Shown: positions 40,632 to 55,452, counted from the first letter of the stretch. The stretch: 64,000 nucleotides of DNA from Eledone cirrhosa (GCA_964016885.1 OZ024761.1:17174001-17238000), one strand, 5' to 3'. Notes: a model not told the origin generated them from the letters alone. A program made the numbers and translations.

Positions 40632-41037
40632 TGGCTGCCAACTCGTTTTCGAGTACGGCCACTACTTTATATCCATGTAGGAGAACCCCTACCGATGCAC
40701 TGAACGAGTGTGACTTTTTAGTCCAGCCAGTGACTTGAAAACTCTGGTACAAACACTACACTTGTGACAATTATTGACACATAGTGCTCGGCCCATGGTA
40801 CCATGTGATGACAAGTGCAGAGAGATCTCCAGATATAAAGCAATGCCTGTGCCATGAAGCTTTTATAGTGAGCAAAGGCACTGCACAAAGCCAGTCCCAC
40901 TCTCTTAACCAAGATGATATTTACCAAAAAGAAGAACAAGTCAACACCATTGGATACCATCAGGGTTGCAGGTGTTATATCAGAGTTTTCCTTCTCCTAG
41001 AATTCTGCCTTGACAAAGGCTAAGGGGTCATCTCTCA
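40628..41037 (-). mobile_element. Non-coding repeat, truncated inverted copy of 46332-46932
   Basis: Reverse complement of 46533-46932 (near-identical pseudo-ORFs in track). Confidence 0.85.
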
Positions 41038-41052
41038 CGGATATATATATAT

Positions 41053-41083
<31 letters not shown>

Positions 41084-41229
41084 CATATATATATATATGC
41101 ATATACATACATACACATACATATATACATATGTACAAAGATCCATATATACATCCATCCACCTATACATACGTATGTATACATACATATATACATATGT
41201 ATATATACATACATATATGTACATTGATA

Positions 41230-41945
41230 GCTTTTGACCAGTATTGGCCCAGGCCATGTCTAACTATTTAGCACCACCTGGTTATGTTTTCCACCTCAAT
41301 TGCGTTTTGGACACCATGGACCACTCCAATAAAAAGTTATTATTGTTGGAGTCATATCCAGGTGTAAGACATTTATCTAGAATTTCTTGGAGGAATTTGT
41401 CTGGAGACCTTTTTAATTTTATAGGATCTTTTCAAATGTGTAGCTGAAATAGTTAAAAACAAAACAAACTATCGATGTGTTCTTCCTTAACCGGGCTTCT
41501 GTTTTGCAGTTTCAGTTCCACATTTGAAAAGAGGGTTTTAGCCCTGAAATATAGTGTGTAAAAAATATTACTTTGTTTTGTTTTATTTGTCATCATTTGC
41601 TCTTTATATATTTCTACCTCATTATACCAGCTTTTTTTTTTAAAATGTTTAAACTTAGTTATTTTTTATTGAGTAAAGACCATGTTCTGTTAAGTTCTCG
41701 ATACTTGAGAAAGTAGAGCAAATGTATTGTAAATAGTGACGGAATACACACAAGTTTTTTCTGTCCTTCCTCTTCTCACTCTCTATTATTCTATTTCATC
41801 TTTTATCTCTCATTCTATCTTCTGATGAAGGCCTAGTATCCGAAACGTTAAGACTCTTTTCTTACTATATCAAGTGTTAAAGTAATATATTTCTTCATTT
41901 CTTCATTGTAGTGTGTCATTTGCTTTGTTATTTCTGTTTACTTTT
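41230..41945 (+). mobile_element. Probable Penelope-like element remnant with two hammerhead-type motifs
   Basis: VLDTMDHSNKKLLLLESY resembles a GIY-YIG C-terminal motif (weak); decayed motif at 41519-41558 and intact core at 41818-41853. Confidence 0.45.
41818..41853 (+). ncRNA. Minimal type I hammerhead ribozyme motif
   Basis: TCTT-CTGATGA-AGGCCTAGTATCC-GAAA-CG-TT-AAGA; palindromic AACGTT stem III typical of Penelope-associated minimal hammerheads. Confidence 0.68.
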
Positions 41946-42595
41946 TGCATACACACATATATATATATATATACTGTAAATGTGGTTGGTGTTAGGAAGG
42001 ACATCCAGCTGTAGAAATCAAGCTAAAAATAGTTTTGAGTGAGCGAAAAACTGCAAATATTGGACATGGTCTATAAAAATGCCTATAAACACCAAAATAT
42101 AACGTAAAATATAATAAAAAAAGAAGGACCGTCTTATGTGAAGGGGAATCCAATAGGCTGGCAAATACGGGATATTCATCATTTCATTTTATCATTTCAT
42201 TTTACGTCCGCTTTTCCCTGCTTGCAAGGGTGGGATGGGAACTGATTCTGGCTTGATTTCTACAGCTGGATGCTCTTCCTAACACCAACCTCATTTACAG
42301 TGAGTGCTGGGTGCTTTTTTGCCGTGGCACCTCCACGACCACTTTGCAGTGGGGTCCCTCTCATCTCATTTCTACAGCTGAGTAAACTGGAGCAATGTGA
42401 AATAAAGTCTCTTGCTCAAGGAAACAACACATCACCTGGTCTGAGAATTGAACTCACAACCTTTCGATTGCAAGGCCAATGCTCTAACCACTAAGCCATG
42501 TGCCTCCATATATATATTATATACAGTTGGCCCCTGGTATCCATGGGGGCTACATCCTAGAGCACACACACACATTATATATATATAAAAGACCC

Positions 42596-42912
42596 TTCGG
42601 TCACGATTGAATATGGGATTTGCACCTAGAGAGTTCCCCTCTGAGGCACAAGTCCAGGCTAGGTTGGTTCTGGAAGACCAACAGTTGCCCATGCATACCA
42701 GTCTCCCTTCTCCACACCACCAATGTTGTCCAAGGGAAAGGTAATGACCGATACAGCTTGACACTGGGGCCATCAGAACTCATTTCTACAGCTGGAGCAA
42801 TGTGAAATAAAGTGTCTCGTTGAAGGACACAACTCAAAGTTTAATCTGAGAGTCAAACTCACAACCTCAGGATTGTAAGCCCGATGCTCTAACCACTAAG
42901 CCATGCGCCTTC
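42596..42912 (-). mobile_element. tRNA/CORE-SINE with a third tail type
   Basis: Head (rev) gaaggcgcatggcttagtggttagagcatcgggcttacaatc, CORE remnant, then distinct tail. Confidence 0.7.
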
Positions 42913-42922
42913 ACATATATAA

Positions 42923-42955
<33 letters not shown>

Positions 42956-43047
42956 CACACACATGTTACATATACATATCTACACATACAAACACATATA
43001 TATATACACACACATATATACACATACACACATATATATATACACAT

Positions 43048-43086
<39 letters not shown>

Positions 43087-43093
43087 TACACAT

Positions 43094-43132
<39 letters not shown>

Positions 43133-43317
43133 TACACATACACACATATATGTATATATATATATATACACATATATACACATACACACATATATATATA
43201 TATATACACACATATATACACATACATACATATATATATATATACACACATATACATATATATATATATACACACATATATACACATACATACATACATA
43301 TATACACACACACACAC

Positions 43318-43360
<43 letters not shown>

Positions 43361-43377
43361 CACACACACACACACAC

Positions 43378-43452
<75 letters not shown>

Positions 43453-43501
43453 CACACACACACACATATATATATATATACACACACACACATATATATA
43501 T

Positions 43502-43552
<51 letters not shown>

Positions 43553-43607
43553 TATATATACACACACACACACACATATATATACACACACACACACACA
43601 TATATAT

Positions 43608-43638
<31 letters not shown>

Positions 43639-43731
43639 CACACACACACATATATATATATACACACACACATATATATATATACACACACACACATATA
43701 TATATATATACACACACACACATATATATAT

Positions 43732-43774
<43 letters not shown>

Positions 43775-43820
43775 TATATATACACACACATATATATATA
43801 CACACACACACATATACAGT
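42913..43820. repeat. (TA)n/(CA)n microsatellite
   Basis: Direct inspection. Confidence 0.95.
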
Positions 43821-44744
43821 GAGAGACAGAGAGAGAGGGGGGAGGGGCATAGAGAAGCCGGCTACAGCCAGAATTAGGAATATCTGAAGAATATAGTTAT
43901 AGTTACTCTTGCTTTGTTGATGTCTACAGAATAGCAGAATAACAGAATAACCTAACAACAACAAGGACAGCAATAACCAAACAACAATAACAGCAACAAC
44001 CTAACAACAAAAACAACTACAACAACAACAATAACAAGAACAAGGACAGCAACAACTACAACAACAAGAACAAGGACAGCAACAACTACAATAACAACAA
44101 CAAGAACAAGGACAGCAACAACTACTATAACAACAACAACAAGCTAACAGCAACAACAATGAAATTATTGAGATGGCAAAATGACAGAATGGCAACAAAA
44201 GAAAATAGTCCAGAGAAATATAAATAAAGAATAGATATATAAAAAATTGGTTAAATATATAAATAATAGAGGGAGGGGTAGAGGGAGAGTGGGAGAGGTA
44301 TAGATAGAGGGAGGGAGGCATAGAGGAGAGGTAGATAGATAGATAGAGGGAGAGTGGGATAGATGGATAGATAGAGGGAGAGTGGGATAGATAGATAGAT
44401 AGAGGGAGAGTGAGGTAGATGGATAGATAGAGGGAGAGTGAGGTAGATGGATAGATAGAGGGAGAGTGGGATAGATAGATAGATAGATAGAGGGAGAGTG
44501 GGATAGATAGATAGAGGGAGAGTGAGGTAGATGGATTGTTAGAGGGAGAGTGAGGTAAATGGATAGATAGAGGGGAGAGTGGGATAGATAGATAGATAGA
44601 TAGAGGGAGAGTGGGATAGATGGATTGTTAGATAGATAAGGGGAGGGAGAGCTAGAGAGTGGGAGAGATAGGTAGAGAGGGAAAGATAGATACAGAGTGG
44701 GCGAGATAGGTAGATAGAGTGATAAATAGAGGCAGATAGATATG

Positions 44745-45575
44745 TTTCTTTATTAGCCACAGGGGCACAAAAGAAGGATAGATAGGTAAATAGATAGATA
44801 GAGATAGATAGATAGATAGATTTATTTCTTTATTAGCCACAAGGGCGCACAAGAAAAGGGGACAATACAAAGACACATGCCGGGGATTTTACATACAGTC
44901 GTGTAAAAAAAATATAAAACAAACAAATATAACAATCGAAATCCCCAGTAGGCGGGGAAAACGCCACAAATGGGTTGTTTAATACCCCGTCGATAGAACA
45001 ACCCTCAACTTCAGGAGCGTGTTGTGCAAGTGCTCCCTTCTTCCTTTTGCTCTCTTCTTTAACCTACAGGCTTATAAACAGAGAAGGCCCAATCAGTCGG
45101 GCCATTTTTGCCACATTCACCCACCTTTCAGTAAATTTACCGGGGTGCAGTGCCTCTCTCTCCACCCTGATTCTCCTTCTAAAGTGATACTTAAAGAAGG
45201 GAATCAATTGTTGTCCGGAGAGAAAGGCATCTGTCCTCAGTCCTCTCAACCTCTTTCACCATAGCTACCGTACAGAGGAAAACCGCCTCTCTTTCGTTTT
45301 TGAAAGAGGCTGGCGGTTTGATCCTTACTATGGACTCGAGATAGATATATTTCTTTATTAGCCACAGGGGCACAAAAGAAGGGGACAAATACAAAGGGGG
45401 AAGTTTACATACAATAAAAACGTGTAAAATGTTATCACAGATGGAATTTAAAAGTTAGTCGATTTTCCCCAAGATAGATAGATAGATATATTTCTTTATT
45501 AGCCACAAGGGCGCACAAGAAACGGGGACAATACAAAGACATGCCGGGGATTTTACATACAGTCGTGTAAAAAAA
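44745..45575 (-). mobile_element. Cluster of Tx1/L1-like LINE 3' ends in (GATA)n, including ORF2 C-terminus (45064-45340)
   Basis: FFKYHFRRRIRVEREALHPGKFTERW resembles a Tx1/L1 ORF2 end; four copies of the 3' end (gtggctaataaagaaa on minus) each run into (TATC)n. Confidence 0.65.
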
Positions 45576-46331
45576 TATAGATAGATAGATAGATATATAG
45601 ATAGATAGATATACAGATTAGTGATAAATAGATAAATGAATAAATAAACGGTGAAATGATATTAATTTGTCGATGTGGACATTATGTATATTTGGCAAAG
45701 TACAATAGAGATGTATACAATCTTTTTAATGGTGCTTGTCTAGACATGAAGTACCTTCTTGAAGAAATAGAGAAGTCTAGAGAGGGAGGGGGTGGTGGTA
45801 TGGTGGTATGTATGTAGGAAGGTGGGTAGGTAGGTATGGTGGTGTGTATGTAGTGTGTGTATGTAGTGTGTGTATGTAGCGTGTGTATGTAGTGTATGTA
45901 TGTAGTGTATGTATGTAGTGTATGTATGTAGTGTGTGTATGTAGTGTGTGTATGTAGTGTGTGTATGTAGTGTATGTATGTAGTGTATGTATGTATATAG
46001 TGTATGTATGTATGTGGTGTATGTATGTATGTAGTGTATGTATGTAGTGTACGTATGTATGTATCTATCTATGTAGTGTATGTATGTATGTATGTATGTA
46101 TGTATCTATCTATGTAGTGTATGTATGTATGTGGTGTATGTATGTATGTAGTCTGTATGTAGTGTATGTATGTAGTGTATGTATGTAGGGTATGTATGTA
46201 TGTATCTATCTATGTAGTGTATGTATGTATGTATCTATCTATGTAGTGTATGTATGTATCTATGTAGTGTATGTATGTATGTAGTGTATGTAGTGTATGT
46301 ATGTATGTAGTGTATGTATGTATGTAGTTAT

Positions 46332-46932
46332 GTCAGGTCACCAGTTGGTGCTACTGGTAACATGTATTCCAGTACAACCTGTCCCATGGTCGGGTCGTTG
46401 GCGACTAAACTGGCAACCCCACCAAGGTTTCTTGGTGAGGAGGGTGACTTTGGACATCCTGCAGGACTAAAAACAAAACCTATCAAAGGGCAAAGGACCT
46501 CTTAAGAGTCAATGGCCATCCAAAATCACCGGGAGAGATGACCCCTTAGCCTTTGTCAAGGCAGAATTCTAGGAGAAGGAAAACTCTGATATAACACCTG
46601 CAACCCTGATGGTATCCAATGATGTTGACTTGTTCTTCTTTTTGGTAAATATCATCTTGGTTAAGAGAGTGGGACTGGCTTTGTGCAGTGCCTTTGCTCA
46701 CTATAAAAGCTTCACGGCACAGGCATTGCTTTATATCTGGAGATCTCTCTACACTTGTCGTCACATGGTACCATGGTCCCAGCACTATGTGTCAACAATT
46801 GTCACAAGTGTACTAGAGTTTTCAAGTCGCTGGCTGGACTAAAAAGTCACATTTGTTCAGTGCATCGGCAGGGGTTCTCCTACATGGATATAAAGTAGTG
46901 GCCATACTCGAAAACGAGTTGGCAGCCACCAT
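46332..46932 (+). mobile_element. ~600-bp non-autonomous element with RTE 5'-UTR-like motifs, inserted in a (TATG/TAG) microsatellite
   Basis: Contains actaaactggcaaccccac and ctaggagaaggaaaactctga (recalled as RTE 5' UTR-type motifs); second copy at 40628-41037. Confidence 0.6.
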
Positions 46933-47532
46933 GTAGTGTCTGTATGTAGTGTATGTATGTATGTAGTGTATGTATGTATGTATGTATGTATGTATGTAGT
47001 GTCTGTATGTAGTGTATGTATGTATGTAGTGTATGTATGTAGTGTATCTATGTATGTATGTATGTATGTATGTAGTGTATGTATGTAGTGTGTATGTATG
47101 TAGTGTATGTATGTATGTAGTGTATGTATGTATGTAGTGTATGTATGTATGTAGTGTATGTATGTAGTGTCTGTATGTAGTGTATGTAGTGTCTGTATGT
47201 AGTGTCTCTATGTAGTGTCTGTATGTATGTATGTATGTATGTATGTATGTATGTAGTGTCTGTATGTATGTAGTGTATGTATGTATGTAGTGTATGTATG
47301 TATGTAGTGTATGTATGCAGGTTAGTGGCTTGGGATGTGTGCATATGCATATCTATGTGTGCTTGTGTATCTATGTATGTAGTTGGCTAGAGATGTGTGT
47401 GTGTTCTGTTAGTGTGTATATATGTACATCTATGTACATGTGCATGGTTGTGTATGTATGTATGTATGTATGTATGTATGTATGTATGTATGTATGTATG
47501 TATGTATGTATGTATGTATGTATGTATGTATG

Positions 47533-47565
<33 letters not shown>

Positions 47566-47566
47566 G

Positions 47567-47629
<63 letters not shown>

Positions 47630-48272
47630 GATAAATATTCCGTCGCGGCCAACGCGAAGGGCTAGTTTCGGTTATTTGTCGGAGATTCCTTCATAGAAGC
47701 CTCATTCTTATAGCCTGGTCTATTCGATTTTTTATATAGTTAATTATGCTAATTGGGAGAGGAAATGGTATATATTTTATCTGGTGATTCTAGACATGTT
47801 TTATGATATATATATATATTATTATATCATGACTCATACACTGTTCATTTTCCTGACATTTGTACATTATTCTATGTACTATACATGCACCTTTGATGAG
47901 TTGTAGTGCACCTGAGCACTGTACACAATAATTTCATTATTATTATTATTTTATATATATATATATATATTTTGGTCGTAGAAACCAAGCCAAAATGCAG
48001 ATCCGTATGAGCAAGACATGGTCTCCAGGTCTGACGTGTCTCATAACTCAAACTTGAGTGTTTTTAGTCAACAAGAACAAGTTGTTTGTTCAAGAAAGAG
48101 GAATTTGCCTCTTTATTTCTTCTTAACCATACTGGTAGGAGACCCAGGGGTAAACCTCAGGTAAAGATGGTTGGATAACATCCATGAGATCAGTTGGTCT
48201 CACTTGGGGGACCTGCTGGAAGAAGAGTTTGGGGTCTCTGTTCAACCAAACCATGACCCTCCCATGAATACA

Positions 48273-48497
48273 AAGAAGAAGAAGAAGAAGAAAAAGAAGA
48301 AGAAGAAAAAGAAGAAGAAGAAAAAGAAGAAAAAGAAGAAAAAGAAGAAGAAAAGGAAGAAAAAGAAGAAAAAGAAGAAGAAAAGGAAGAAAAAGAAGAA
48401 AAAGAAGAAGAAAAGGAAGAAAAAGAAGAAAAAGAAGAAAAAGAAGAAGAAAAAGAAGAAGAAAAAGAAGAAAAAGAAAAAGAAGAAGAAGAAGAAA
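48273..48497. repeat. (GAA/AAA)n purine microsatellite
   Basis: Direct inspection. Confidence 0.95.
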
Positions 48498-48667
48498 TAA
48501 ACAATAAAACTGAAGAAAGGTAGCAGGTTGTTTACATGCTACCAAGATATTCCAGAGTGAAAAAGAAATAAAAAGAACAATTGTTTCCCCTGATTTCCCA
48601 AGGTAGAACAAGTTATTTAGTTCCTCCAGCAAAGGAATTTAACAAAAACTGCAGTATTATTCCTCTC

Positions 48668-51600
48668 ATCATCACCAACACTACCACCACCATCACTACC
48701 ACCACCAATACTCACCACCACCATCACTACCACCACCAATACTCACCACCACCATCACTACCACCACCAACACTACCACCACCATCACTATCACCACCAT
48801 CACTACCACCACCAATACTCACCACCACCATCACTACCACCACCAACACTACCACCACCATCACTATCACCACCATCACTACCACCACCAATACTCACCA
48901 CCACCATCACTACCACCACCATCACTACCACCACCAACACTACCACCACCAACACTACCACCACCAACACTACCACCACCATCACTACCAACACTACCAC
49001 CACCAACACTACCACCACCATCACTACCACCACCATCACTACCACCACCATCACTACCAACACTACCACCACCAACACTACCACCACCATCACTACCACC
49101 ACCATCACTACCAACACTACCACCACCAACACTACCACCACCAACACTACCACCACCAACACTACCACCACCACCATCACTACCACCATCACTACCACCA
49201 CCATCACTACCACCACCAATACTCACCACCACCATCACTACCACCACCATCACTACCACCACCATCACTATCACCACCAACACTACCACCACCAACACTA
49301 CCACTACCATCACTACCACCACCAACACTACCACCACCATCACTACCACCACCAACACTACCACCACCATCACTATCACCACCATCACTACCACCACCAA
49401 CACTACCACCACCAACACTACCACCATCATCATTATCACCACCAACACTACCACCACCATCACTACCACCACCAATACTCACCACCACCATCACTACCAC
49501 CACCAATACTCACCACCACCATCACTACCACCACCATCACTATCACCACCAACACTACCACTACCATCACTACCACCACCAACACTACCACCACCATCAC
49601 TACCACCACCAACACTACCACCACCATCACTATCACCACCATCACTACCACCACCAACACTACCACCACCAACACTACCACCATCATCATTATCACCACC
49701 AACACTACCACCACCATCACTACCACCACCAATACTCACCACCACCATCACTACCACCACCAACACTACCACCATCATCATTATCACCACCAACACTACC
49801 ACCACCATCATTATCACCACCAACACTACCACCACCATCACTACCAATACTCACCACCACCATCACTACCACCACCAATACTCACCACCACCATCACTAC
49901 CACCACCATCACTATCACCACCATCACTACCACCACCAACACTACCACCACCAACACTACCACCATCATCATTATCACCACCAACACTACCACCACCAAT
50001 ACTCACCACCACCATCACTACCACCACCAATACTCACCACCACCATCACTACCACCACCATCACTATCACCACCAACACTACCACTACCATCACTACCAC
50101 CACCAACACTACCACCACCATCACTACCACCACCAACACTACCACCACCATCACTATCACCACCATCACTACCACCACCAACACTACCACCACCAACACT
50201 ACCACCACCAACACTACCACCATCATCATTATCACCACCAACACTACCACCACCAATACTCACCACCACCATCACTACCACCACCAATACTCACCACCAC
50301 CATCACTACCACCACCATCACTACCACCACCAACACTACCACTACCATCACTACCACCACCAACACTACCACCACCATCACTACCACCACCAACACTACC
50401 ACCACCATCACTATCACCACCATCACTACCACCACCAACACTACCACCACCAACACTACCACCATCATCATTATCACCACCATCACTACCACCACCAACA
50501 CTACCACCACCATCACTATCACCACCATCACTACCACCACCAACACTACCACCACCAACACTACCACCACCATCACTATCACCACCATCACTACCACCAC
50601 CAACACTACCACCACCAACACTACCACCACCAACACTACCACCATCATCATTATCACCACCAACACTACCACCACCAATACTCACCACCACCATCACTAC
50701 CACCACCAATACTCACCACCACCATCACTACCACCACCATCACTACCACCACCAACACTACCACTACCATCACTACCACCACCAACACTACCACCACCAT
50801 CACTACCACCACCAACACTACCACCACCATCACTATCACCACCATCACTACCACCACCAACACTACCACCACCAACACTACCACCATCATCATTATCACC
50901 ACCAACACTACCACCACCAATACTCACCACCACCATCACTACCACCACCAACACTACCACCATCATCATTATCACCACCAACACTACCACCACCATCACT
51001 ACCACCACCATCAGTACCACCACCAACACTACCACCACCAACACTACCACCACCATCACTACCAACACTACCACCACCGCCACCACCACCACCAACACTA
51101 CCACCACCAACACTATCACCACCATCACTACCAACACTACCACCACCATCACTACCACCACCATCACTACCAACACTCACCACCACCAACACTACCACCA
51201 CCATCACTACCACCACCAACACTACCACCACCATCACTACCACCACCAACACTACCACCACCATCACTACCAACACTACCACCACCATCACTAGCAACAC
51301 TCACCACCACCAACACTCACCACCACCAACACTACCACCACCATCACTACCACCACCAACACTACCACCACCATCACTACCACCACCAACACTACCACCA
51401 CCATCACTACCACCACCATCACTACCACCACCATCACCACCAACACTACCACCACCATCACTACCACCACCATCACTACCAACACTCACCACCACCAACA
51501 CTACCACCACCATCACTACCACCACCAACACTACCACCACCATCACTACCACCACCAACACTACCACCACCAACACTACCACCACCATCACTACCAACAC

Positions 51601-51955
51601 TACCACCACCATCACTACCAACACTCACCACCACCATCACTACCACCACCATCACTACCACCACCATCACTACCAACACTCACCACCACCAACACTACCA
51701 CCACCATCACTACCACCACCAACACTACCACCACCATCACTACCACCACCATCACTACCACCACCAACACTACCACCACCATCACCACCAACACTACCAC
51801 CACCATCACTACCAACACTCACCACCACCATCACTACCACCACCATCACTATCTCCACCATCACTACCACCACTACCACCACCATCAGTACCACCACCAT
51901 CACTACCACCACCACCACCACCTACACTACCACCACCATCACTATCACCACCACC
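48668..51955. repeat. 3.3-kb (ACC/ACT/ATC/AAC) 15-16 bp-unit satellite
   Basis: actaccaccaccatc / actaccaccaccaac / actcaccaccaccatc units with higher-order blocks. Confidence 0.95.
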
Positions 51956-52212
51956 TTCTCCTGTTCCTCTTTGTTTGTTTTTAAACAACACCATCTTATC
52001 CCCTGTACAGGTATATTTTGTTACTAATTACAATTGTCCCCCCCCCCCCCCCTCTCTCTCTATTCCTTTCATTGATAAACACTTCAGATGGAAACTACAA
52101 AGTTAAAATCAAACTGATGAATAAAATAAAATATAAAAATGTGTTACAGACTCACACACAAACATATATATATATATATGTGTGTATATATATATATATA
52201 CATATATATAGT

Positions 52213-52432
52213 GAAGGCGTGTGGCTGAGTGGTTAGAGAATTGGATTCACAATCATGAGGTTGTGAGTTCGATTCCTGGACCGGGCGATGCGTTATGTCC
52301 TTGAGCAAGACACTTTATTTTCACGTTGCTCCTTCTACCTGGAGTTGTGACCGATAGATAGTACTAGCAACTGGAAAGACCGACGGAAACATTGTTTCCT
52401 CGGTCCGATTTGACGAAAGTCGATCGTTAAGG
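52213..52432 (+). mobile_element. tRNA/CORE-SINE with short double-hairpin tail (second copy 60592-60808)
   Basis: ggctgagtggttagagaattggattcacaatc head; tail gaccgacggaaacattgtttcctcggtc. Confidence 0.8.
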
Positions 52433-52452
52433 GATATATATATACATATATG

Positions 52453-52504
<52 letters not shown>

Positions 52505-52508
<4 letters not shown>

Positions 52509-52788
52509 GAAATTATTGTGTAAAGTGCTCAGGTGCACTACAACTCGTCAAAGGTGTATGTATAGTACATAGAATAATACACAAATGTCAGGGAAGTACA
52601 TGTGTGTATGTGTTAGCTGTAGTGTTGGCGGATCTCGGGAAGCATGGAGGCCTTAAAGGATGCAGTGTCTCGACAGCTAACAACTGATGCAGGCAGTTTG
52701 TTCCATGCTTCAGCAACTCTGAGCGTGAAAAAATGTTTCCGAAAGTCATGGGAACTGTGCTGTTTTCTTACTTTGTGGGCATGTCCAA
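52505..52788 (-). mobile_element. CR1-like LINE 3' end
   Basis: [45 protein letters not shown] is the CR1/L2 C-terminal FFS.RV...WN.LP motif. Confidence 0.85.
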
Positions 52789-52791
52789 TAC

Positions 52792-52824
<33 letters not shown>

Positions 52825-52993
52825 CATATATATATATACATATATATACATATACATATATATACATATATATATATATACATATACATATACATACATA
52901 TATATACATATATATATATACATATATATATACATATATATATACATATATATATATATACATATATATATATACACATATATATATATACAC

Positions 52994-53040
<47 letters not shown>

Positions 53041-53169
53041 CATATATATACATATATATATATATATACATATATATATACATATATATATATACATATA
53101 TATATATATACATATATATATATACATATATATATATACATATATATATATATACATATATATATATAC

Positions 53170-53232
<63 letters not shown>

Positions 53233-53271
53233 CATATATATATATACATATATATATATATACATATATAC

Positions 53272-53302
<31 letters not shown>

Positions 53303-53311
53303 CATATATAC

Positions 53312-53378
<67 letters not shown>

Positions 53379-53387
53379 CATATAAAT

Positions 53388-55452
53388 AGAGGGACCAGCA
53401 GTGTTAGTCGAGGGGAGTATAATAAGTAAGGCAATCAAGGATATGAAGACTGGTAAGGCGGCTGGGCCTTCGGAAATAGTTGCTGAGATGCTGAAGGCAT
53501 CTGGCACGGTGGGACACACCATGGTCACCCGCATAGTTAACCAAGTCGTACAGAACGGGGTTGTTCCGAAGGACTGGCATAGCAGCATCATCGTTAACTG
53601 TTATAAGGGTAAAGGAGACGCCCTAGATAGGAGTAACTATAGAGGCATTAAATTAATCGACCAGGTCATGAAGGTCACGGAAAGAGTAATAGCGCAACTA
53701 ATCAGAGAGAGAATTGACCTAGATGAAATGCAGTTCGGGTTTGTGTCAGGCAAAAGTACCACAGACGCTCTTTTCATAGTACGACAACTACAAGAGAAGT
53801 ACCTAGCTAAAGGTAAACCCCTCTACTTAGCTTTTGTCGACTTGGAGAAAGCCTTCGACAGAGTCCCCCGCTCCATTATCTGGTGGGCTCTTAGAAAACT
53901 AGGCGTTGACGAATGGCTTGTGAGGGCTATACAAGCCATGTATAAAGAAACAGTCAGCAAGGTTAGAATTAACAACGAATATAGTGAAGAGTTTAGCGTA
54001 AAAGTCGGCGTCCATCAGGGCTCTGTTCTCAGTCCACTACTATTTATTATTGCCCTTCAGGCCATAACAGAGGAGTTCAAGACAGGCTGCCCATGGGAAC
54101 TCCTATACGCAGACGACCTGACACTCATAGCGGAATCAATGGCCGAGCTAGAGAAGAAATTCCAAACATGGAAGCACGGCCTAGAGTCAAAAGGACTTAA
54201 AATTAACCTGGCTAAGACCAAAGTACTAGTTTGTAGGAAAGAAAACAAGGCGGCGGTCCCTTCTGGGAAATGGTCGTGCTCGGTGTGTAGGAAAGGCGTA
54301 GGTAGAAACTCCATTTTATGTCCTAAATGCAAAGTATGGGTGCATAAAAGATGTAGTGGGATCACAGGTCTAACTAAGAACATAGATTTTACATGTGGCC
54401 GGTGCTCTGGTGCAATAAGTAGCAGCAAGTGCCCACAAACTACTAGCTCTTTCAATTGCGCAGAGGGTTCTATAGAAATAGTGGACAGCTTCCGTTACCT
54501 GGGCGATAAAATCAGCAGTGGGGGAGGGTGCTCTGAAAGTACTGTAGCTAGAGTCAGAACTGGTTGGAAAAAGTTCAGAGAGCTTATACCACTATTAGCT
54601 GCTAAAGGGTTCTCACTAAAAATGAAAGGCAGGTTGTACGATGCCTGCATACGAACAGCAATGCTGCATGGCAGTGAGACCTGGGCATTGTGTGCAGAGG
54701 ATATACGCAGACTAGAGAGGAACGAAGCTTGCATGCTCCGCTGGATGTGTAACAGTAATATACGTGAACGGCAAAGCATAAACGAACTAAGGAATAAATT
54801 AGAGATAAGAGGGATCAGATGTTGTTTACTCGAGAGAAGGCTACGTTGGTATGGACACGTGATGCGCATGAAAGTCGATAGCTGTATAACAAAGTGCAGG
54901 GCAATAAAGATAGACGGTAGTCACGGAATAGGCAGACCTAGAAAAACCTGGGACGAGCTGATAAACTCCGACATCACACACTTACACCTCTCCAAGACAA
55001 TGTCACTGGACCGAGACCTTTGGCGGTACTCAGTAACAGAGAAGACCCGCCTTACCTAAATATATAGTAAAACCTACTCCAGCCAGTAGGCATCTCTAAC
55101 AAAATACACCCCGTCCCACCACCCCCCACCCGATCCACACCACCCCGTTCTATGTAAAGTTATGTTGGTGCCGCGCCATCGAGGCCGAAACAAATGAGAT
55201 CGTGTAGGTGTCACGACAAAAAAACACACAGTCCACGCTGTAATGTGGCCGTGTAGGCAACACGGTAAAAACCTCCCAGACCCACACTGTAAATGTGGTT
55301 GGTGTTAGGAAGGGCATCCAACTGTAGAAAACCTGCCAGACAGTCCTATGCGAGCAAGACAATCACTCTTGCCTCAAGTGGGACTACCCCCGTCCAAACC
55401 CATGCAAGCGTGGAACACGGACGTTAAACGTTGATGATGATGATGATGATGA

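Noticed and set aside
48171-48500. Poly-lysine ORF
   Set aside because: (GAA/AAA)n microsatellite
48581-52027. 1148-aa His/Pro/Thr-rich ORF (extensin/mucin-like)
   Set aside because: Translation of an ACC-based satellite; the reading drifts among three repeat phases, and there is no splice or domain evidence
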